From Atractiella rhizophila (Eukaryota): 48,337 nt of DNA. The stretch is from NCBI GenBank assembly GCA_021432655.1, contig MU271242.1, forward strand, positions 62,001-110,337, in the 5' to 3' direction. Below are positions 22,074-34,378 of this stretch, piece after piece; positions within the stretch are counted from its first letter, which is position 1; the number at the start of each line of letters is the position of its first letter. The notes beneath the pieces are model-generated. The model saw nothing but the letters and a program-made list of their open reading frames with translations, searched no databases and was not told the origin of the DNA. Position numbers and translations under genes: made by a program.

Positions 22074-24438
22074 GGTGGCGATCGGCGTTCGTTCTAACCG
22101 ACATGTCAACAAGGAAAAGCCAACAAAAAGAAAGGACTGACTGTTCGGTGATCAACAATTGGAAGAGCAACGATAATCTGGATGGCGATGGATGATGATT
22201 TGAGGGTATGAAAGCAAGTGGGCAGTGGTTTGGATTGGAAAGACGGGGGTTTTGAAGCATTCGAAGAGAAAGAACAAAGAACAAGTCGGCGTCCGGGTGG
22301 CCGTCGATCTCTGGGACAATGAGAGCAGAGGTGGGTCGTTAGCACTCAGGCAACAAGATGCTTTTATGGCCCAAGCCTGCAGTCTAAAAACGTTTCGAAT
22401 GAGCAATTTGCTGATGGCGAAGCAGCAGATGAATTGATGCTCCTTTCCCTTTGTAGTCTTTCGGTTGCGTCGCAACCTTATCTCGTGATCACGACAAAGG
22501 AACTTTATCGCAAACTTTCTCATCCCCGACTGCATTGCGACCATTCTTCCACCTGCTTCCACCCTGTCGCCTTCTTATGCATGTGTGACATTCACAGAGT
22601 CCTCCCTTTCTTCCCTGACATTCGCGGAGTGCTGTCTCAGAGAAATTCTCTCCGACTGCCCCCAGCAGTGGAGCTGCTTTCCTTGTGCACCTCGACGCCA
22701 CAAATAACCACAAATCTGGAGTGCATCTTGAATTGAAAGCGAGAAAAGCATATTTTGTTTACAATTCTGCATCCGCCAAACAGATCGACCATGATAGCGT
22801 GGAAAGGTTTGGAGGTTTGGTCAGGTTATGAACACTATCTGCTTTGCCTAAACATCATCCTGGACTCGTCCTTTGCAAACTTTAGGCCAAACGCTATCCT
22901 GCGCCATCCATCCATGTGTCTCCAAAGGATCTCCTTGACTCAAGACTGCCAAAACTGTAGCTCGCAAAAAAACCTTCCGTGGAGTGGTGAAGAGAAACTT
23001 CTCTCCATCAGCTAAGTATTCCCATCTCCACTTCAAAGAGTGTCACATCGCAAGCTCCGAATCCCAAAGCAAGCGAACAATCACAGATATATTAGGTATT
23101 GTCAGAGTTTTCCAGAATGACCAGAACAGAGTGCACGGATGTGCGCCGAGAGGCTGAGGTTCTGAAAACACTCAACAACGTCACGCGCCGATCGTCATCC
23201 CAGACGCTGAACTCCGTATTCAATATTCGAACAGCTGGTCAGCTTGCATGGTGAAGAGGCTGTCCGAGAAAAACTATATCGTTGAGATGTGCGTTTGTTT
23301 GCAGCCTCATCTTCTATCTACCAGAGCGCATTTTTGCTATCTCCTAGACAATCTCCTGTGACGAAGTGATCACTCGATACATAAGTGCTCTAGCTCGACA
23401 TGTGTCAGAGTATCAGCGCTGTTACGAGTCAACACGACTGTTGTTTCGTCGAGGAATCGTGGAATTGGTCATTCTCCTTTCTTCCCACAAACCGGCCAAT
23501 CAATTCAGTTAGAGACCGCCAAGTGCGCTGTTCATGGCATCACAGGTTCTATGGGCGGACCGTTGAACCTTAGCAAGGAACGAGTCAGCAATTTCAGCAG
23601 GAGCTTGGTTGCAGTTTACAGAAGATGAAATCAGGTCAAGCAAAGGCTGCTGACTTGGGTTAAGTACGCGTCAGATTACGTTTCGCGTAGTTACTCTCTA
23701 CTAAGGGCTAAGCCCTAGAAAGAATTGTTGTGTAAGGAGCGATCTGGAGTGCGAATGTTTGAGAAGAAGAACGAATCTCACACGGCGCATCGATATCTGT
23801 AAAATACCCACGGGAAACTGGGAGGGGTTGTTGTTCGCTCAACTCCTTGCGAGAGCTTTCTAGGTGCAAGAGCATACGGGTATGAGCAAGGGTCAGAAGG
23901 ATCTTCGCCGTAAATGTACATCTAGGGAAATGTCCATAGTACGTTTGGTGTTTTTGGTGCTGGAGATGAGATAACGAAAGTGAGAACAAATACGCCGAAA
24001 ATAACTTGCTTCCCGTCAAATATGTGACGGGTCAAGGGTCAGGTTCTCCTGAAAACAAAAGCAGTAGTTACATTGTGCACGATTAGGCCTGACAGTTCAA
24101 GAAGGCAAAACATATACTCCAAAACCTGGTGTTACGCAGAGGAAGCAAAAGCAACGGCCGTGAACACATGCCGTTTGGACTGGTGCTTGTTAGACTTTCA
24201 GTTACGAGGTAGCAACGCGAACACAGGCTGATTTTCGCTTCTTCCGTGGTTCGCCGCTACAGAGAGAAGGTAGGTGTAAATAAATGTTGAGCTTCATGAC
24301 GCGACAAGAAAGAACTTTTACTTTTGCAAACTCTACGTGATTCTTTAACAAAAGCTCTCCCCGTGAAAGCCCCTCGACATCCACTTCACTCTCTGTGGAC
24401 GCCCAGTCCTTTGCGATTCTGGTCAGTTACCCCCTTTG

Positions 24439-25790
24439 CACCGTAGAAACTCTTTCGGCAGGTGACCTGATGGCTACACGCAGGAACTCTATTTTGCCGT
24501 CAGGTCTCCTGCTTACCACCAACATGCAGGTTTGGACTTAGCATTTTTCCTTTGGCGAAGCGTCGTGAGGTTGTAGGGTTAGGGTAGTTTTTGGGCACCC
24601 AAACGACATCGACGATCCAATCCAACGAATATGCCACAATCGTACTCACACATCCCTCTCCAAGTCATACACCCACCTCACAATGCCTCTCAGGTACTTC
24701 GATGTGTCTGCTGTGAAATCCGCCTCGTAATGGACCAATACTGGCGAAAGTGAATGAAGAAAGATATGGGGTTTTGTGCCAAGCAGGAGAAGATGCTCAA
24801 CGACAGAGTGAGGTGGGAAACCGCTGAAGGTGCGTCGTATGCTCGTTAGTGGTAGGGAGGAACAGGAAAATTGGGTGGCACACAGCATCGAAAACAGTGG
24901 TGTGGCGACAATGCTTCGACTTGCATCATTACTGGTGAGGAGAATTCCGATGAGACCAACAAGTTAGTATAGGGTTCCTTCTATGAATGTTCAAAAGACA
25001 GCTTGTTTTGCCTTCTAATGTATTGGGGGACAGCAAGACAACAAGCCTACCTTGAACGCTCAAATGCAAGGTCCTCCACATCAACAGTGTGATAGCTTGA
25101 AGAAGCATGCCCGTGTTATTGCTACTTAATGATGTGGAAGAGAGGCTCGATTACGCTCTTGGAAGGGAAAGATCATGGCAGTTCCGAAGGTTAAGTATCT
25201 TCTTTGTTTGTTCTCTTCTTGGTTCCAAATTGCACCGGAGACTGATGAGATGGAACTTTGTTAGGTATCTTTTTACATGCTCAGAAGGTATGCTTTTCCT
25301 TTGCTTGAGTGATTTCTGGCCATGCTAATTGCTTATGAGTCAGGGAAATAAATTAGTATGTTCGCAAGTATGATTCGTGAGTAATCTCTATCGCATCGGA
25401 TGAAGCTGATTCATGAGTCAACCAAGGAATAATTTTTGGGTCTGATAAGGATGAGTTACCACATTTATATGACACTAAATAGTAAAATGCATTCGTAATC
25501 CCAACATAATCCTCACAGGTGTCCCAGTGCATTTAAGAGGTGTAAAGAAACCGGGGAAGGGAGGAGCCGTAACCAGTGCAGGATTTTACCATCAGGTACG
25601 CGCAGGTCCCCTGCCACGAGCCATCAGGTTCTTGCAATATAGCTGATGGCTGGCAGCAGGCCACCTGACGATTGGACAAATCGCCGCAATCAGGTCGCCT
25701 GATGGAATTTCAGCAGGTAGCATGCTCGTAACCGGAAGGTCACCTGCTGATTTTAGCGGCAGGCCACCTTCCGAAAAGCTTTCTTCGGTG
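24439..25790. mobile_element. Non-autonomous TIR DNA transposon, CMC (CACTA/Chapaev)-like
   Basis: Ends CACCG...CGGTG, imperfect 31-bp TIR (25/31 identical), flanked on both sides by TTTG (24435-24438, 25791-25794). Arrays of CAGGTSACCTG-like subterminal repeats at both ends. No intact ORF. Confidence 0.7.
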
Positions 25791-25963
25791 TTTGTCCTTA
25801 GAAAAGTTATGAAAACATTGTTCAATCAAGTTCATGAATATGATCGAAATTTGATTTGGTCGGATATTTGCTTCGTTTCTGATCTGATCACATGACTGCG
25901 ACCCTTTTTTCCAACATTAGGTAGCGTTGATAAGATCTGCATTCTGATATAGGGAGGAGGAGG

Positions 25964-27405
25964 ATGTCGTCGTCGAAGAGATGTATTCTTGTAGCTGTTG
26001 GGTGAGCACTCGTTTTTGTCCTTCATTACGACATTTGCTGATCAAGCTTCGATGTGGAATCCTAGCGGGCCTAGTTGCAGGTGTGTTTCGCATATTTGAG
26101 TGTTCAGTCATTGAATATTTGTTGTGATAGTGGAAAGACTACGTACCTCTTCCTCTCTTCCAAGGAGCTTCAGCTCACGATTGGTGCGGTTTGTGCCATT
26201 CTTCAGTTTGAGCAAGCATCTCGCTCGAATCATTCCTAACTGCCAAATACTGCATCAAGACGACTTCGCACCAGTATATCTCCCGCTTTTTCTCCACCTT
26301 AGGCTTGGTTCACATATCTGATGCAAGTAATAGCCTGCCGACAAGCTTCCCATCCATCCCATCCTGAATGTTGCCGACTGGGATCATCCAGATGGCGCGT
26401 ACGTCCAATGTCCATCGAGAGGGAATCTCTCGATGTCAGTTTCGATACTGACGGGTGTCTCATTTTTAGAATCGAATGGCCGCGTATGCGATCTACACTC
26501 AAAGAGTTATTAGAATCGAATGGCCGCGTATGCGATCTACACTCAAAGAGTTAAAGGAGAGTGGCCAATTCCCAGACAATCACAAGTCACACGACTACTG
26601 TGCGTCTTCTATGGCCACCGCCATGTGTCATCGAGCCTTACTTGATTCGAAATCAAAGTAAACGAACAGATACCGGTGCCTATATCGGAAGACGTGGTTT
26701 CTCACTGGAAAAACGTCTTTTCTTCCTCGCTTGCCAGTGGGTTCACAAGTACCACATCTGGCAACACTCCTGATTTAGAAATATCTGTAGATGATACATC
26801 CATCGTCATCGCCGATGGCTTCCTCCTCTACTACGACTCTATCTGCAACAGCTTCTGGGATTTGCGAATTTTCGTGCGGGAAGATGAGGAAGTACTGAAG
26901 AAGCGCAGAGATGACCGGAATGGATATGTGTGTGAACTTACTTTCATTCGTAAAAAAGATCTCTGGCTAATGTTATAGTCTGGGGTTAGTATACGGCAGG
27001 TGTGTGATCCTGACATTGGAGATAACGATTAACGATCATTGGCTGACTGAAAGTGCTGGGTGACTGTCTAGAAGGCGAGTATTGGAAGGTTTGTGTTTTC
27101 TTGCTCAAACATCATCCATGATCTGAGGAATATTGTCAGGACCCGCCAGAGTATTGGAGGTGTGTATTTTTGCTTGCCCACGGTATGAAATGCCATCCTG
27201 ACCTCTAAACAGTGAAATAGTCTGGCCAGCCTACCTCCTGGCGCACCAGCATATGTTTGTAGGTGGAGACGTGGAGAATGGGCAACTAAAAGAAGACCAG
27301 GAAGTGCTTTTGTTAAAGGGAGAGTTCGGAGGTATTGGGATGGCGAAAATGGTGGAGAGGAGCTGTGAGGAGATTTTAAGGCTCATCAAGACAACGGCTG
27401 CGTAG
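25964..27405 (+). CDS. NRK1: Nicotinamide riboside kinase, micro-exon gene
   Basis: Spliced translation ILVAVGGPSCSGKTTLSKHL...LHQDDF...DWDHPDGAIEW...IVIADGFLLYYD...KRRDDRNGYYTAEGEYWKDPPEYWSEIVWPAY. Confidence 0.85.
26466..26553. repeat. Tandem duplication, period 44 bp, including an NRK1 splice acceptor
   Basis: ttagaatcgaatggccgcgtatgcgatctacactcaaagagtta twice. The junction base 26509 is A. Confidence 0.95.
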
Positions 27406-27654
27406 AGATCAGCCCAGCCGTTTGATTAAACAAAGATTAAGATCAGTAGATTATTCTCCATTATAGAGCTGTATTTCTATCCCATGCGTCATTATCTAAT
27501 AATTGATTGAGCGGTCTCGATGTAAATATCCGTTGCTTCCTTCACCTATGAAACGAAACAAACAGAGGAAAATCTCAGGCTCTCCCTGGCTCTGGCCGGC
27601 CCTCCTCCTCGCATGAGCTCGTCTATCTTCATCCTGGGGGAAGAAGGAAAGAAA

Positions 27655-28389
27655 TCAAGCATCTTCATCCGGTGTATCACGTCGCAGATACATATCAATC
27701 GCACCACTGAAGGCTGCGAAACCGAGTCCACCTAGCAGCGTAGCTCTCGGACCGCTTGCTCGAGCCAGCCAACCGCCAGTAATGAATCCTGACGCGACAG
27801 CATTGTAAATGTCGTTTTTTGCGCGATACTGTCCAACCGAACACAAACGAATTCAGAGAGTGCGCATAATTGTCAAGGACGATGAGGGGGGTCATAAACA
27901 CGTACGCCTTCAATGCAACATTCGGTGCCAGCAAACACTGCTCCAACCTTCCCCCATCCCTTTCCCGCCCTCCACATGCCTTTCCCCATATCTAGGAACA
28001 TCTCCCTAGTCTTTTGTGCTGTATTCAAACCCTCCATTTTCGGCGCACGGAAGGGGTCTTCGTATGCGAAGGAAGATGACATGAGGGAGAAGAAAGCGCC
28101 GAAAGCAAAGCCTGTCCACGTCCACAATATTCAATCGACGCGGAAGCTAGCAGAGTGAAGCATACCGGCTCCTCCGCTAATGGTCGCTTTCACAATGCAG
28201 CTCTCTTTCCCCAACATCACCCGTCCCTGCCATTTGAGCTCGTTGTGTATGCGAGCCCGATCCTCATCAGTTGCACCTTCATTCAACACATCCACCCGTC
28301 ATCTATGGCCATGTCCCAGAGTTTAGAAAGGAAAAAGGCGAACCAGGATAATACCCTGGCACAATGTAGGGAGGTACCAAGCTCTGCAT
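27655..28389 (-). CDS. TIM22: Mitochondrial inner membrane translocase subunit Tim22
   Basis: Spliced MQSLVPP...[33 protein letters not shown]...[36 protein letters not shown]...[14 protein letters not shown]. Confidence 0.92.
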
Positions 28390-28809
28390 TTGCCACAAGC
28401 CCCCACCCAATTCAAGAGCGCACTCTTAGCCCGCAATCCAGTCTCCCGATCACAGCTGTAACCTCCTGGCAGGGTCCAAGTTGTTCTGTCTTCGTGGCGT
28501 AGTGGAAATGGAAAATTTGTTGTAAGTTGGCTGGCGGCGTCGCGGTGCCGTTCAGGTCACCTGACTTCCGAACTTTGCAACCCCTGATTCGCTTGTTTCC
28601 CAGCTCGAACGAGCTTAACGCTTTTTATCGACTTTTAATTCTTCGTTTTCGAGGCGACTCACGCTCTGGTGGCAATTAGAGGTCTTTCCAGCCTTATAAC
28701 GCTTTTTAACGATTCCCTTTCCTCTCTAACAAGAACTTGAACGGTTCAACTTTGCAACTCTGGACACAACTCTTTCTCGGATTCTCCAGCCATACTGCTT
28801 GACGAGCTT

Positions 28810-31288
28810 ATGGATGACAAGACTAATCTCGAAGAGATGGCGACTAGCGCTAATCATCCTGTCCCGCGAACGCTGGAGCCTGAAGAAAATGAACGAGCTG
28901 CCCGCGCTCTGGCAGAGAACATTTTTCAGCTCAAAGGCCTACGGGAGCTTGACAACCTATTCCATCACTTGATAAGCGATCCCTCTTACCCAGGTATAGG
29001 ACGCGTTAACCACCGCCGCATCCTCCTTCTCGTTTACACCCATTTCGCGGACCTCTTTTGTGAGAGCTTCTTCGAGCATTTCGACCCCGAAGATCCTCTC
29101 AGCGAACCGGTAAACAAAGTCTTCTGGAGGTCGACGGATCTAAAGAATCATCTTGTGGACCTTGGGAATGCGATTTTGGGGAGCTACTACATCCAGTTCA
29201 CTTGTGAGGAGCAGCTGCAGTTCAGGCTTTACGACCGCCCCCTTGAGGAGCCAGAGCTCGCCTTCTTCAAACCATCCGTTCTCGTGTCTGTCGTCCCATC
29301 TGTCCTACTCGATGATCCCGAAGCGGGAGAGGGAGATGAGGACGAAGTCGCATCCGATGTCACAGCCGTGGAAGGTCAAGACGAGTCACCGTCGTCAGAG
29401 TCGGAAGAGACAACGTTTTCAATTCGGGAAGCGATTATTGTGCAGTTCATCCACAACTTTAGCAAGAGTCTGATCGAAGGATACTTGCTTTACGAGAAAA
29501 CATTACTACCGATTTTACCCATAATTTTTATCAAACCTGTTTCTCAAAAAGCAATCGGCGCAATTTACTCCCCAAACGGTGTCTTCCTCACACCTTGGCT
29601 ATCTACAATAGAAGAAATCATCCGTCTATTCGCTTCTCTCCCTCGCTGGCACCTGGCATTTCAGCTCGCCAATGATGGACAGAGGCAGATAACCATAAAG
29701 GGAGAAGCGCTATGTCGTCGCGGGGTGTTTGGCAGCCGAAGCTGCGTCAACAAGTGCGAGCAGGGGGAATTGGAGCCCTACTTTCAAGCTCCACCGTTCA
29801 AGCTCGCTTTCCCTCCATTCGACGAAGAAGAAGGAGGCGTAGCAGAGGAGATGGCGTTGAGCTGCTCCCTCTCTCCTCCCACGTCATACCTACCTATTCC
29901 TTCTCTGTCGACAATCAATGCAGGTTTCTGGTACCTCCTAGGTTCCCGAACCACCCCTCCACCTGTCATCGTGAAGACGACTTGGCTAGCAAGGGAGGAG
30001 CTAGAGAACGAAATTGGCATGTTCAAGGCTGCGAGGGGGAAGTTCGGGCTGGGCCAATTAAAGGCGTTCAACGTAGCACCGATATATGAGACGAACTGGA
30101 TCGTGCCAGATAGATACATGAATTTCGAGTGCGTTTCCTGATTCTCTGTATAGTCGAGTAATGACATGGTTGCACAGACACCTTCAGGGTTATACAATGA
30201 ATGACTGCGCCTGGCGAGCTGGAGAAGTCGATTACCGATTCCAGAGCATGTTGAATGGAGAGACGCGCATCCCTTCTTCGAAATTATTTTCCCAAATGTT
30301 CTTTGATTGGGAGGGGAGAAGACTCGAAACTGCAAAGGGACCGAAAGAATTGTTTGTGGCAATGGGCCATGCGCTAGTTGGTAGGTCCTTTCTTTTCTTG
30401 TTGTTCCATACTTGTTCCCGTAGGCTGATGAGATGACCCAGGTCACGCTATTGCTTATCAGCACAACTGGCTTCACTGCGACATTTCTCTTACCAACATC
30501 CTCATTGCCGTCAGCAGAAGAAAGGACTTAGAGGTAGATTTTGACACCGAGTGAGTTCCCTAACCTAAACATTTGTCACTGTCTGATGAGAATTGTTCTA
30601 ATAGGGATGAGCACCTTTTGAAGCTCTTATCAATGCAAAAGAATTGCCGTGGGATCTTGATCGATGGCAACAAAGCCTTGAGATTGGACAGCGAAGAACG
30701 CTATACCGGCGCTGCCGTTAATTGCTGGGTACGTTGCTCCCATCTCGATATAAATCACATTTCGCTGAGTGGAGTTGTCAACAGCGAGGAACCATGATTT
30801 ATCAATCGACTCGCCTCGCCTATGTTGCAGAAGACGACTCCCGCGACGCCTTTTTCTCCTCCATCGATGACCTCGAATCCTTCATTTGGGTCCTCATCTA
30901 CATCTACTTTCAGCTTCACCCACCACAACTCCCCTCTACCGACGTCGAAGAAAACTCTAGCTCCTTGCTGCTCAAGACGTCCCGCGCAAAGATGATTGTG
31001 TTCAATCAAGATTGTCGAATGAGCGCCAGTAATAAGTACAAGTTTCTACGATCCTTCGGCGAGAGGGGCAACAAATATCAGTTCCCTGATCTCGGATGCT
31101 TTGAGCCTATCATCGAGAAGCTTTGTAGAGTCGCTTGGAATATGCATCAGCAATTGAGGAGGCTGGAGAATCATCAACGGTTCAGAGTGCAGTTGTGCGC
31201 TCTCGAGAAGAGCGCCTATGAGGACTACTTGAAGGTGTTCCTCGATCCGACACTCATCGCTCGCCTTCCGACTACTTGGGATTTCTGA
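28810..31288 (+). CDS. Fungal-type protein kinase (FunK1 / Pkinase_fungal-like)
   Basis: VIVKTTW, ELFVAMGHAL, WLHCDISLTNILI, RGILIDGN, RGTMIYQSTRL and DDLESFIWVLIY across about five exons. Confidence 0.75.
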
Positions 31289-31692
31289 TTCCATCCATTG
31301 TAGTTTCGTACGAGTACTCGCTCGAACATTAGTCCTACTGTTTCAGGCTTCTTTTAGCATTGTGTTTGAGAATCGTTCTTGGTCCAAAGCTTTACCGATT
31401 CGTTTTGTTCAGTTCGTTTTGCGTTCCATGTCCGAAGTGTCGCATGTAACATCCATCACCATCTATCCATCGACCGAAAGGGTATTCATAACTTATCAGC
31501 CAGTTACTCACCCTTCACGCATGTAATCTATACTCATATCTTACTACCTTCCAGCTCAGAGCTGTCAATGTCAATGCAATGTTCACATCAGTGTTAAAAG
31601 AGTTAGACAAACGGAAATGATCCAATAAATTGCTCTACCCAAACCGAATCTACTAGTACACCAGACATTTTAAGAACTCTAGGACCGGAAGC

Positions 31693-33987
31693 TCATTGCT
31701 TTAACGCTTCTCTGCGTCGCCACATGAGACACAACCCAGGGCAAGAGTGGGGGAAACGCACTTGATAAGTTCCACGGTCCTCTCCAGACTCCTCCGCCTC
31801 GTCGAAGCCGATAACGAGCCTCCCAGACTAGGCCTCCGTGCGTGATGTCCTGATGGCGTGGACGTCGACTGAGCGGCCTTCTCTTTCTCCTTCTTCTTCG
31901 CCTCGATCCTCTCTGCCTCCGTTGGCTGAACCAAGATGTGCATCCATCAGCGTCCATTCCATCCAATAGCTTAGAAGCGGAATATGGGGAGTGACGAACC
32001 GGAAGCCTCTCATTCTCAATATCCACCTTCCTCGCCTCCTCAAAGCCAGAAATCCTGGCCTTCAGCTCCTCACTTCCCTGCGTCAAGGTCCCAACGGGCA
32101 ACTTGGAGGAAGAGAGGACGCTTTTCAATTCCGAGACGGCTTCTGCTTCCTCCCGGAGGATGGAGAACACACGGGACATCTTGCCCACGGCGCGGATCTT
32201 GGATTTGATAACTTGTTTACGGGCGACGAGGTCGAGCTCTGTTTCATTTGGGATCAAGAAGGAGATTGTGGATGGATGGGCGGAAACACGGACCTGTGAT
32301 TTGGGCTGAGGAGGGGCTCGCGACTGTTTCGTCTTCCGCCAGCTCTTCGTCACTACATATCTGCAAGATGGCTATAAGCATCTCGGTGACTATCCGCCCC
32401 ACAACCAACTCGTCAGCGCCGTAGTCTGAAAGATCGCATCGACATGGTACAGTACCAATATCAGCCAGGCGATGTGGAAGAAAACGTACTCTTCTCTCCC
32501 ACAAATGGCAAACTCCAGGTCAGGACATCCATGAAATTAGGGAGCCAGTAAGGGTGAGGGGAAGAATTGAACTGTCTTATATTGACCGTGTTATTTTCGT
32601 ACTTTATGATCGCCCCTTTGTTGTTGTAGACGTCAAGGTAATTTGGTGCAGAGAAGACTACCTCGCCCTAATGAGCATGGATAGAAGCGGTGGAGAGGGA
32701 ACGAAAGTGACGCACCCGTCATTAACGATGGGAACGGAGTGGTCCGTCCGGGACGATAACATCGATAACTGGATCACATGTTTGGCGTTACCCTTCCATT
32801 CTTGTCAAGAGGCGGAAGGCATACCCAGCGTCCTGTGCCTCGTGCGCTCTAACGATAGCCAACAGTCCATTCTTCTCCAAGAACGTCGTCACCGCATTGA
32901 ACCTATCCATCCGTCAGGTCGTCCATTATGCATCCATTGGCGTATTTCGAGGGACGCACGTATAAAAGTAGGAGCAACCCCTGACGTGGTTGTGGACAAA
33001 GTGTTCAGGAATATTTTCGGATTTGTCGTAGTTCTCGATCGGATCGCTCCACAGGATATCGCACATGAGCCCATGGGTTGGAGGCTCTCGAAATCGGTCG
33101 ATCTGCTCATCCAATTCGTTATTTAATTTGGTCGCAGAGGGATAAATACCCTCATCAGGTCGTCAAGCGTGTTGAGACCAGGTCCGATCCCTCCGTGTAT
33201 GCACAGGAATTGCTCGTTCATTAACGCTGCGAGAGGAAGAGCATTGAAAGAGTCGAGGCAGGCTTCGTAGAGTTTTTCCGAGTATTTGTGCTTGCCTATG
33301 GATCGAATTAACTTTGCCACGAATGCGAAGAGAGAAGGACTGACATTCTAGCCGGAAGGTGAAGTAGTTCGTCAGACGCGCACACTCGTGGTTCCCACGA
33401 AGAAGGAAAATGTGGTCTGGATACCAAATCTTGAGAGAGTAGAGGAGGAGAAGACACTGCCCATTGCTGCATCAGGATTGCCCATTGTGTAGCAGGAGTG
33501 AATGCACCTCGATGGAGAAATAACCACGATCGACATAGTCGCCAAGGAAGAGATAACGTGTCTTTGGAGGCAGACCTCCCAAATCGAAGAGCTTGAGAAG
33601 GTCGTAATACTGTCCATGGACGTCGCCGCACACTGTTCCATCAACAGACGGACCTGAATCAGTGCCTGCGATGTACGAGCGGGAAATCTAAGGATAGGGA
33701 GGTGGGATGGAATACGGACGAGTGACAGGCGCATCGACCTTCAACAGGTTGGGCTCTTTCCTCAAGACTTCCTCCGCATCCCTGATGATTTTGAGCGCTT
33801 GAGATTCTTGGAGCCTCCCCTCTCGCCGCAGGTGTTCGCGGAGGTAGGAGATGTCGGGTTTGCTGGGGTCTTCTGTGGACCAGAGCTCTGCATCGGTGGA
33901 TGGCAGACGCGGGGGATGTTCTACCTCTGGAAGCTGTCGTTCGATGGTCTCAGTTGGCGGTGTGGACGAGCTCGAGGTGGCTTCCAT
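31693..33987 (-). CDS. CNA1: Calcineurin (PP2B) catalytic A subunit
   Basis: [73 protein letters not shown], calmodulin-binding [18 protein letters not shown] and autoinhibitory [15 protein letters not shown]. Confidence 0.93.
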
Positions 33988-34378
33988 CGGTGAAATGACT
34001 TGACTGAGTAATTCTGCCCTGCAATACGATGAGTAGCTGTTCACTGTCAGCAGATAATTCCAGCGACCCTGGATAAGCTAGGCTAATGACTAGATGGCAG
34101 ATGGCAGGAAGAGAGTGCTGACAGGGGGCCAAGACAGGAACAAAGAAAGACCCGAGGGGCTGAAAGAATAAAAATCGATCCAACGAGCGACTGCTTATTC
34201 CAGAGTTTTGATTCTCTTTTCTCTTGGGTTTCTCTTCTCATCTCTCGTCTCCCTCTTTCGTACTTCTTATTTCCTCTTTTTCTCAAAACCGTTCAGTATC
34301 GCATTGTACCATTACCCACCATCTCCCATCGACCTCCAAACGACCTTCCCAATCCGAACACTCGCACGATAGAGCATC

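Noticed and set aside
23701..23718. Helitron 3' hairpin (AGGGCTAAGCCCT)
   Set aside because: Short stem without a correctly spaced CTRR end or a matching 5' TC end.
24573..24587. Telomeric TTAGGG-like tract
   Set aside because: Only about two units, which is expected by chance.
25579..25770. CRISPR-like repeat-spacer array
   Set aside because: Repeats are only ~11 bp and degenerate, the context is eukaryotic, and there are no cas genes. Better explained as transposon subterminal repeats.
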